A stretch of 64,000 bases of DNA from Thermoplasmata archaeon (GTDB taxonomy: Archaea > Thermoplasmatota > Thermoplasmata > Halarchaeoplasmatales > Halarchaeoplasmataceae): assembly GCA_046498385.1 (NCBI GenBank), contig JAWOAU010000007.1, positions 27,632 to 91,631 on the forward strand, in the 5' to 3' direction. Of this stretch, positions 38,878 to 47,700 are shown one piece after another (within the stretch, counting starts at the first letter, position 1; each line of letters begins with the position of its first letter). Under the pieces are notes generated by a model. The model was not told where the DNA came from. It did not search any database and saw only the letters and a program-made list of their open reading frames with translations. The translations under genes and the position numbers were made by a program.

Positions 38878-39849
38878 TTATACCGCATCCATTTCGTATA
38901 ATTTTTTAAAGAAATCTTCTCCTATATCACTGTAATCCTTATTTAAATCTAAGGATTTAATATTTTTGCCTAGTTTTGACTTCTTAAGCATCGAACCGAT
39001 AAAAATCCTCTCATCTTTTAATAAATCTTCAATAAAACTGCTTAATTCTTCTTGTGAATCGATCCTTAAAAATCCTTTTCCAAGGCTTTCTTTAGGATTT
39101 CTTACCTTAGATTCCGATTTATCGGTAATCAATGGTTCGGGAGTCAGTGAAATAAATCTTTGAACTATACCTACTCTTACAGAGCCATCTACCTTATCTA
39201 GATAACTAGCTGGAGTGGGGCTATTACCAACTACAATATAAGGGATACCACAAGATTCAAAATGACTTCTAAAAATTGCCCCTTTACCGATAGCTTTCAA
39301 GATACTGTCTGTTCGATATATTGAACCTCGCCCTTTATGCTTGTCATAATCTGCCTCTATTGCACTTTCTCCCTTTTCGTTTAATTCCCAATTCCAAATC
39401 ACAGACATTTTAACTTCAAAGACCACCTTGATTTGGTTTGGTTTATAAATACGACCAATTTCTCCCCTTTCAACAATCGCGATATCGGCGGCGGACCGAG
39501 AAGTTAGATCCAATTCATCACAAATAACATTTCTCTTTACTTCTAAATCATCAAATCCCGCATTCTTTAAAGCCTCTTCCAATACGTCCGATGCATATTT
39601 TTCTGTGTAAGCGGAAAGGGGTGAGTTTCTACCTTGTGGTGTGGTGCTACTCAAATTACCGTCACATTTTGGACACTTACTAGGGACAGATTTTTTAAAG
39701 AAAGCTTCGTACCGATAATCGCACTCATTACAACTTATCGCTGCCCAAACGACAGCATCTGTCGACTCGATAAATTCTTTTTCTTTTTCAGGGCTCCACA
39801 TCGATTTCTTAAAAGGTCCATATTCATTTAGTATTTTTGGTCGATCCAT
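38878..39849 (-). CDS. putative type II restriction endonuclease (PD-(D/E)xK)
   Basis: Immediately upstream of the MTase; AADIAI...FEVKMS catalytic-like motif; N-terminal CxxC/CxxC; AT-rich. Confidence 0.6.
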   Translation of the reverse strand: MDRPKILNEYGPFKKSMWSPEKEKEFIESTDAVVWAAISCNECDYRYEAFFKKSVPSKCPKCDGNLSSTTPQGRNSPLSAYTEKYASDVLEEALKNAGFDDLEVKRNVICDELDLTSRSAADIAIVERGEIGRIYKPNQIKVVFEVKMSVIWNWELNEKGESAIEADYDKHKGRGSIYRTDSILKAIGKGAIFRSHFESCGIPYIVVGNSPTPASYLDKVDGSVRVGIVQRFISLTPEPLITDKSESKVRNPKESLGKGFLRIDSQEELSSFIEDLLKDERIFIGSMLKKSKLGKNIKSLDLNKDYSDIGEDFFKKLYEMDAV

Positions 39850-40123
39850 CCCTAACAAAGATGGATGTCATATGAGTAGCATAGACCATAAGAACAATCC
39901 CGGATTTTCTTCGACACTTATTTGTTTCTTGAGATTCTAGAACAGGGCAGACGGCGGTGACGAAGCGTTTTCCAAAGTTGTTAGAGTACTTCCATTGTCT
40001 ACTTATTTTCACTGTTTTTCTTTTTTTCTCTCCGTTTAAACTATCCGACGAACACGTCTAGAATATTCTTTTAGTAAACTTCATTGATTCTAGACGATAA
40101 TGTTTTTGGTTTGTATGAAAAAA

Positions 40124-41349
40124 TGTAGTATCCCATGACATTTTCGACAGGCGATGAATCGAGATGTTATCTTTTGTATTTAATATCATTGTTTATCTCC
40201 CGTGTTAATATCATTGTTTATCTCCCGTGTGTAGCAAATCGCAGGTAAGGGACGAAAAATATCCTCTTCTGGATTTCTCTTCCATAGCATTTGTAGTACT
40301 CGAAAGCCATATGCAGTCTATGGAAATTATAGTAGTCCTTGTAGCAATCTATCACATTTTGAACTGTCTCTACAGTCCAGTTTTCTTTCATTAGGCATTC
40401 TTCTTTGAATGTTCTGATCACTCGTTCTACCTTGCCATTGGTTTGGGGATGCTTCCTCGAAGCGAGTATATGTTTGACACATAATTCGTGGAGCCACATG
40501 TCGAAGGTAGAAACGCCGCTCCTTACGGAATGAAATTGCGTACCTCTATCAGTAAGTATTTGCCTCGGTGTTCCGTATTTAAGAAAAGCTTCGTTCAACG
40601 CTGGAATTATATCCTCAATCGTTGGATTACCATAGATTACCTTAAAGACAGGTACGAATCTGGAATGGTCGTCGATGACTACGAAGGCCCATACATTCTT
40701 TTCACTATCGATGCACGTGAGATCCATTTGCCACAATGAATTGGCATATTTTCTTTGGAAACTTTTCCATTTTTTCCTAACAGTTCTATCTTTTTTTAGC
40801 ACTCCCAGTTTCACAAGATATCGCCAAACGGTCATGTGTCCTATCTGTAGTTCATAACCTATTCTGAGACACCCATATCCTTCTCTATATAGATCTATTA
40901 TCTTTTCAAGTGTTTCTGGTGATATCCGATGTATCATGTGCGGACGTCGTGATTTGTATTCGAGACTTTTTTCTCCCCCTTCTTTGTAACGATTTATCCA
41001 ATTGTACACCGTACTTCGATGCACGCCAACTATATCCGCGATAGTAACCACATTCATGGTATCTTCAAGATACATGTTGACAGACCAGAGCATTATCTTG
41101 AACCAAGACAAAACACGTAGATGCTTTGCCTTCACATTCTTCTTCCGGCCTTTGATACTCTCAATATTTTGCTTTCCCTTTACAATCTTACGGTCACTCT
41201 TTTTATACTTCTTCTTTATCTCTTTGTCTTGGATATGGACGATGGTATCACATCCTTTGTGTTTTCACCCATCGTCCATGTCCACCTCATATTTAATTTT
41301 CAAGACAGCTCTAATGCTACCTTTGTCGAATATGAGGTGGGATACTACA
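40124..41349 (-). mobile_element. IS481-family insertion sequence (1226 bp) with terminal IRs and a 15-bp target-site duplication
   Basis: Ends TGTAGTATCCCATGACATTTTCGACA / TGTCGAATATGAGGTGGGATACTACA; flanking direct repeat GTTTGTATGAAAAAA at 40109-40123 and 41350-41364. Confidence 0.92.
40218..41135 (-). CDS. IS481-family DDE transposase
   Basis: HTH (VHRSTVYNWINRY), then WQMD, IDDHSR, LTDRGTQF and HPQTNGKVER..RTFKEE of the integrase core. Confidence 0.92.
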   Translation of the reverse strand: MKAKHLRVLSWFKIMLWSVNMYLEDTMNVVTIADIVGVHRSTVYNWINRYKEGGEKSLEYKSRRPHMIHRISPETLEKIIDLYREGYGCLRIGYELQIGHMTVWRYLVKLGVLKKDRTVRKKWKSFQRKYANSLWQMDLTCIDSEKNVWAFVVIDDHSRFVPVFKVIYGNPTIEDIIPALNEAFLKYGTPRQILTDRGTQFHSVRSGVSTFDMWLHELCVKHILASRKHPQTNGKVERVIRTFKEECLMKENWTVETVQNVIDCYKDYYNFHRLHMAFEYYKCYGREIQKRIFFVPYLRFATHGR

Positions 41350-41434
41350 GTTTGTATGAAAAAACAACTGCATTAGGGAAGAGAATTTTACATGTCCAAA
41401 AAACTTATCACGGCTGTGGTACGTTGGGGGTAAC

Positions 41435-42550
41435 ATGAATATTGGCTTCGTGGTCAACCCCATCGCAGGTATGGGTGGTAGAGTAGGTCTCAAGGGAACC
41501 GACGGAGTATATGAGAAGGCGGTGGAAAGGGGAGCGGAACCCGTGGCCTCCGATAGGGCAGAGAGTGCGTTGAAGCACATGAAAGGCGGCCATCGATGGC
41601 TCACCGCCGGGGGCATCATGGGCGAGGGACTGTTGAAAGAACACTTTCCCGACGATGAAATCAACGTGTTTTTATCACCGGACGGTGTCGGGGAAACAAG
41701 GGCGGATGAAACCAAAAAGATGGCAAAGATATTTTTGGAAGAAAAGGTGGATCTCATCGTATTCTGCGGTGGCGATGGCACCGCCAGGGATATATTCGAT
41801 GTCGTCGACACCGACATACCCATACTGGGAATTCCCTCGGGTGTGAAGATGTACAGCGGGGTCTTCGGTATAAACCCGGAGGCCAGTACGGAGTTGTTCA
41901 ACATGTTCGTTTCCGGTGAAGCGGGTATAGACACGGTGGAGATAATGGACCTCGACGAGGACAGATACCGGGAAGGTGACTGGGAGATAAAGCTCCACGG
42001 CGAAGCAAGGACGGTGTACGAGCCCCATTACATACAGATGGGGAAGCAGAGCTACAGGTCCGTGGACGACGATGAGGTGAAGTATGACCTTGCCTCGTAC
42101 ATGATAGAGGAGATGGAGCGTTTTCCCGAACACCTCTTCGTACTGGGTCCGGGCTCAACCACCGCCCAGGTACAGAAGGTCTTGGAGGTGGAATACACGC
42201 TCCTGGGCGTGGATGTACTGAAGAACAAGAAAGTGGTCGCACTGGATGTTTCCGAGGATGATATACTGGGGATGGCTGAAAACTGCAAGGGGATTAAAAT
42301 AGCGGTATCGGTCATCGGCAATCAGGGATTCTTTCTTGGGAGGGGCAATCAGCAGATCAGTCCCAAGGTGGTACGGCTTGCCGGTATAAACAACATATAC
42401 ATCATGGCGACACCCACCAAACTGAAAAGGTTGTCACAGATCAGAGCTGATACAGGGGATGCGGAATTGAACAAGGATATACGGGAAAAAGGATACATGA
42501 GGGTACTGCAGGGCTTTAGAGAATACAAGCTGGTTAAAGTACAAGCGTGA
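41435..42550 (+). CDS. ATP-NAD kinase family protein
   Basis: GFVVNPIAGMGG.VGLKGTDG, GGDGTARD, GIPSGVKMYS and GRGNQQIS. Confidence 0.88.
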   Translation: MNIGFVVNPIAGMGGRVGLKGTDGVYEKAVERGAEPVASDRAESALKHMKGGHRWLTAGGIMGEGLLKEHFPDDEINVFLSPDGVGETRADETKKMAKIFLEEKVDLIVFCGGDGTARDIFDVVDTDIPILGIPSGVKMYSGVFGINPEASTELFNMFVSGEAGIDTVEIMDLDEDRYREGDWEIKLHGEARTVYEPHYIQMGKQSYRSVDDDEVKYDLASYMIEEMERFPEHLFVLGPGSTTAQVQKVLEVEYTLLGVDVLKNKKVVALDVSEDDILGMAENCKGIKIAVSVIGNQGFFLGRGNQQISPKVVRLAGINNIYIMATPTKLKRLSQIRADTGDAELNKDIREKGYMRVLQGFREYKLVKVQA

Positions 42551-42563
42551 AATTCGGTGGATT

Positions 42564-43103
42564 TTAGCATCTAACGACTAGGACTGTACTGTCTTCTACA
42601 CGGTTGCGGTGAAAATCCATTATATCCTTGGCCAACATCTCGGAACTTTTGCCTAACATGTCTTCAGTGAATTCGAAATCTTGAGAAATACCTTTGGTAT
42701 GAAACACAAACAAATTTCCGGAATCTAATTCGTATTCAAGGAGAGGATACTCTTGCCCGCATACCTCTACGACGTATCTTTTCGGGCCTTTGCTGCTCTT
42801 TATGCCTATGTCCCCAAGAACACAGCACTGCATTTTAAAGGGATAGAAGTCTGCTAGGGCTATCTTTGCGCCGTGAACATGTTCAAACTCATAACATAGC
42901 ATACCAACCGTCTCCGGTATAGGATCCACGGCAAGTATGTCTACATTTTCCTCTATCTCCGAGAGAAACATACTACCGTCCGGTCCACTATTTGGAGCGT
43001 TGATCACAAGGAAACGGGTGTACCGCGACTCATGAAGTACAAAAACAGCATCACTAGGAAGCTTTTCCCCTTCTTTGGGACAGGATATGTAATGATATTC
43101 CAT
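42564..43103 (-). CDS. hypothetical protein; degenerate SpoIIE/PP2C (RsbX-like) fold
   Basis: Order of motif remnants (PSDA, LGDI, FHTKGI, C-terminal EDSTVLVV) resembles PP2C-type phosphatases, with some Asp ligands missing. Confidence 0.45.
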   Translation of the reverse strand: MEYHYISCPKEGEKLPSDAVFVLHESRYTRFLVINAPNSGPDGSMFLSEIEENVDILAVDPIPETVGMLCYEFEHVHGAKIALADFYPFKMQCCVLGDIGIKSSKGPKRYVVEVCGQEYPLLEYELDSGNLFVFHTKGISQDFEFTEDMLGKSSEMLAKDIMDFHRNRVEDSTVLVVRC

Positions 43104-43234
43104 AAGACATCAGCTTTCAAGATTTTTTGGTAAAGTATGGTTCACCATTCTCAGAACAATCTGATTTTCGTTCATTGAATGCACTAGCACATTAGGTTTT
43201 AGTAGTATTTGAATGTTGTTTAAACATGAGCCGG

Positions 43235-43723
43235 TCATTTCAGGTCTTTTTTTAAGTGTTCAAGCAAAGTTAAACATTTCTCATATTCTTCTCTGTCCAG
43301 GGCGGCATTTGCTTTCTTTAGAAATTCTTTAGAATGAGATATATCCCCTCCGAAGACCTCCTTTGTCCTTAATAATTTGTATACCTTCCTCAGATCCTTT
43401 TTTAATTCCTTCTCCAGAGGCTCGATGATATGCTCCACCCCTTTGGTGATCATATCTCTCGCAGTATTCAGCTCTCCCGCATCGATTTCTTCCCTAGCGG
43501 AGACGATCAGCTCGTTCGTCTGCCTGGTATCCACATCCATGTGCTCCGCACAGTAAACCAGGTTGTAGGCGGTCTTGACTTTGTCCATCAACGCTAGCTC
43601 TTCTTCACTCCTCTCCCTTTTATTCTTATAGAAAAGGTTTTCGCCGCAGATCGGACACTTTTCGCCGCTAACTATCACCTCGGAACCACATTTCATACAG
43701 AGTACCTTATCTGATTCATTCAC
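43235..43723 (-). CDS. zinc-ribbon plus helical-repeat hypothetical protein
   Basis: CMKCG...CPICG followed by two similar helical units. Confidence 0.6.
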   Translation of the reverse strand: MNESDKVLCMKCGSEVIVSGEKCPICGENLFYKNKRERSEEELALMDKVKTAYNLVYCAEHMDVDTRQTNELIVSAREEIDAGELNTARDMITKGVEHIIEPLEKELKKDLRKVYKLLRTKEVFGGDISHSKEFLKKANAALDREEYEKCLTLLEHLKKDLK

Positions 43724-43845
43724 ATTTCACAAATAAAGCATATCTTAGATATATTTTTTGTATGTATATGAGTATAAACCAAGTAACTATAGAACAGTAT
43801 ATAGGGAATAAATTTAAATTGATAGTTGATACATATGTCCTTGGA

Positions 43846-44658
43846 ATGAGCAACGTGTTAGTAAAGAAAAAGGTCAACCTATTAGGGGATCAAGGGGTCG
43901 GGAAGACATCCTTAGTCCTGAGATATGTAAAGAATGTGTTCGGTGAGGAGTACCTCAAAACCATAGGTACCAACATATACACCAAAGATGTTTCTTTTCA
44001 GGAGGGGAACGTAAAGCTGATAATTCAGGATATAATGGGTGAATCCGGATTCAGGTCAGTCCAGAGAGGTGCTTTCAGAGGTTCTACAGGAGCGATAGCG
44101 GTTGTAGACATAACAAGACAAGATACTTTGGATTATCTCGTGGAGGATTGGATCCCGGTTTACAAAAAAAATTCCAGTGAAGATAATCCCATCCTGCTGG
44201 CGGTTAACAAATTCGATCTTGACGATAAGAATATATCTCATAGGGACCTTGACGAGGTTTATGAACACTTTGATCACGTTCTTTTTACCTCCGCTAAAAC
44301 CGGTAGAAACGTGGAATACATGTTTAAATATATAGCATCTAAAGTGGTAGACAATCTACAATTTTCCTCAAAGGATATAGAAGATATAGTCCTGGAGCGG
44401 GAAGTAGACAGCCCAAAGGATCTTCTCGATACCCTGTTAGCCATATCATCGGATATAGGAACTATTCCATACAAAATACGTGACGGGCTCTTTGAAGAAA
44501 GCGGGATAGATAAATTTGATCTGGACGAAGAGATATTCGCCATCAAAGAAGAAAATGTTTTGAAATTTGCAAAGTTATTGATGTACATATACGATGAGAG
44601 AAAGGACGATCATCCAAGAGATCTAGTCAAAAAGATGTTAGAAAGGTACCGTTCTTAA
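43846..44658 (+). CDS. Rab/Ras-like small GTPase with a ~100-aa C-terminal extension
   Basis: G1 GDQGVGKTS, G2 YLKTIG, G3 DIMGE, G4 NKFD, G5 TSAK; likely start MSNVLVKKKV. Confidence 0.9.
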   Translation: MSNVLVKKKVNLLGDQGVGKTSLVLRYVKNVFGEEYLKTIGTNIYTKDVSFQEGNVKLIIQDIMGESGFRSVQRGAFRGSTGAIAVVDITRQDTLDYLVEDWIPVYKKNSSEDNPILLAVNKFDLDDKNISHRDLDEVYEHFDHVLFTSAKTGRNVEYMFKYIASKVVDNLQFSSKDIEDIVLEREVDSPKDLLDTLLAISSDIGTIPYKIRDGLFEESGIDKFDLDEEIFAIKEENVLKFAKLLMYIYDERKDDHPRDLVKKMLERYRS

Positions 44659-44793
44659 ATTTTCTATTTTGCCGGACTGCCAAAGTACATTGATTATATG
44701 CTCAAAAGCCTTAAGTAGAACGCCGTGCAGTTTAATGTTAGGAAATAGATAACTGCGGCCGGCGCAGACACCCTCGACCGTGGATATGAGTGT

Positions 44794-47700
44794 ATGCCTA
44801 TGCCTGCAAATAAATTAGCTTCGGTATTATTGGTCCTCGTCCTGCTCTTCTCTATCTCAGATTTTTTTGGACAGGCATTTCGGGAGGATATCGACCGCGG
44901 TATGTTGGAGGCCGCAGTAGAGACACCCGAATCTATAGAAGTGGATTACGTCATGATAACCGATGAGATAGACGGTGATGTGTTGAAGGGGGGATATGTT
45001 CCGCCGGGTTACAAAGAATGGGGGTACCTCTCGGCCTATAACTATACCCATGGATTCGTTGATAATTACTACGGCAACTGGGATGCAAGCGGAGATGCCA
45101 CTCTTACCTTGGGAGAATACGGCCCTCACAACGAGATAAATGTGGGGGAGACCCCTGGTGATGTTTGGTTCAATGTGACCGATGATGACGGACACCACTA
45201 TGGTGTGAGATACACAGTGATAACCGACGAGGTCGATCACATACGTATAACGGAATTCCCCGGAGGAACGCCATTGGATAACCGAACGGTAACCGTAGAG
45301 ACCCAGATAAGAGGTTACTGTTCGGTCTACAACGAATCCTCTGGCTACCTTTATACCGTAGAAGGAAATTGGAGTGCGGAGGGTGCCGACTCTGAATTAC
45401 TGGAAAACGTTACCAATGAGTCCAACGTTATCGACGTCGGTTCCACAGGAGGACTTGCTTGGTTCAACCTTAGTTACGAAGGGTTCCATCATAGTGTGAG
45501 AATCGAGGTGCTGACGCCAACGGTAGATCACCTCAACATTACTGATACACCGGGTGGTGTCCCACTCGTCGGCGGAGAGGTGCAGGTGGGCTATCGGATA
45601 TGGGGAAACGCTTCGGCCTACAACGAGACCGCAGGCTACATCGGCACGGTCGATGGAGAATGGATGGTGGAGTATGAGACAGGTATGGACCCATCTATCG
45701 GTCCGAGTTTGGGTGAAACGAGCTGGCTGAACGTGGGGCACTACGGGGGGAACCTCACATGGAAGGTATCCTATTACGAGGATGAAAACTGGTACAACGA
45801 TTCCGTCGATTTCTATGTGGAACCACCCACTTTGGATTACATCAATATAACCAGCGGTGGAGAAGAGATAAACGGTGGCATCGTACCTGTCAATTATACA
45901 TTGGATGTGGAGCTTTCGGCGTACAACCGTACATCCGGATTTATTTTTCTAGTTCACGGGAATTGGGAGGTTGAAGGAGGCGACGCTCACTTGCTTAACG
46001 GTACTACGGGAAAGGAGAATACCATCAACGCCGGGACCTTATCCGGAAAGGTATGGCTTAACGCCAGCTATGACGGATTGAAGGATCAACTTCTGTTCAC
46101 GGTGGACGAACCGAAGATCGATTACATCGATTTCCTCCGGGATCCCGATGACCCTCATTCGGTGGTGGGAAATAAGAGCGTATCCGTGGGGTATGAATTC
46201 ACCATCTACGGAGTGGGTTACAACGAAACGGTGGGGTTAGTAGACCTGGTTTCCCTGGAATGGAGCGTGGATAACTCAGAGGGAGCCGAGGCACAAGTGG
46301 AGTTCGTGACTGGTACTCACACGGTTTTCTCCGCAGGTACTTCCGGTGGGATAAGTGAATTGATCGGGATATACACAGGAACAGTATCTCACAGTGTTCT
46401 AGTCACCATCGAGGCTCCGGATATAGACCGTATCGAGATCACCGATGTGCCGGGCGGTGCTCCTGTTGAGGGAGGTAATGTACCCGTAGGTACTATGATG
46501 TGGGGGAATGCCTCGGCCTACAACGGGACCGCTGGGTTCGTGGAAACCGTTGAGGCCCAGTGGACGGCGGAGTATGAAAGCGGTATGGATCCCACACTCG
46601 GTCCCAGTCTGGCAGAATCCAGCTGGTTGGAAGTGGGACATCACGGAGGTAACCTCACATGGATAGTTGTTTATCAGAAAAATGGTGATATGTATATAGA
46701 TTCTGTTGATTTCGTTGTGGATCCTCCTGAGGTGGATCAGATACGGTTCATTCGTGATCCGGGAGACCCTCATTCCGTAGTGCATAATAAGAGCGTGTCC
46801 GCCGGATATGAATCCAACATATACGGCGCGGGTTACAACGAGACCGTTGGATTTTATGGTGTGGTCAGCTTACGGTGGAGCGTGGATAATTTTGAGGGAG
46901 CCGAGGCGCGAATAGATCCCGAGATAGGAGATCAGGCTTTGTTTTCCGCTGGCCCCAACGGCGGCGAAGCTCGGTTGACTGGAGTATATGAAGAGATGTT
47001 ATATCACAGCATAACTTTCAACATAGAACCTCCTGAGATAGATTCTATCCGGATAAGAGATGAGCCCGACGGCGGAGGGAATGAACTGGGCGAAATAACT
47101 CTGGGACCGGATGATGATATCGTGATGTATGCGGCGGCTTATAATGATACCTACGGATATCAGGAGGATGTATATGTGAGCTGGATACTTGACGATCAAG
47201 CGGTAGGTCGTATACAAGAGGACCATGGAACGAGTACACTATTCACAGCCGTGAGTATCGGCGTATGCAACGTCACCGCCCAATATGAAGAACTGCGATA
47301 CACCTTGGGGGTAACGGTTATCTATACACACACCCCGGTGATCACCGGAAAGATACCTGATATAGAACTGGAAAAAAATTTTGGAGTCTACGAGATAGAC
47401 CTTATGGAACATGCAAGTGACGAGTATGATTCGCATCTGGATATGAGATGGTACCTTACCGGTGTTGACCTTTCTATAATAAGCATATACGGTGAGAATC
47501 AAACTGGTAATCACGTAATTACTTTATTATCCCGAGAAAAGGCACACGGTTCCATGCAGGTCCGATACTGGTTGGTAAACAGCGCAGGCAACAAAGCTTC
47601 ACAGAGTGCATGGATAAATGTGACCTATATATATAACCCTCCTAGATTCAGACGATGTCCGGACCTATACGTTCGTTTTGACGAGCCCTACGAGTTCAAC

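Noticed and set aside
37216-39849. 7-deazaguanine DNA modification (dpd) island suggested by queE beside an R-M pair
   Set aside because: No dpdA/tgt-like or other dpd gene is in the window; queE is adequately explained by archaeosine synthesis.
39824-40012. 62-aa ORF as a controller protein or N-terminal part of the endonuclease
   Set aside because: It has no HTH motif and is not in frame with the nuclease gene.
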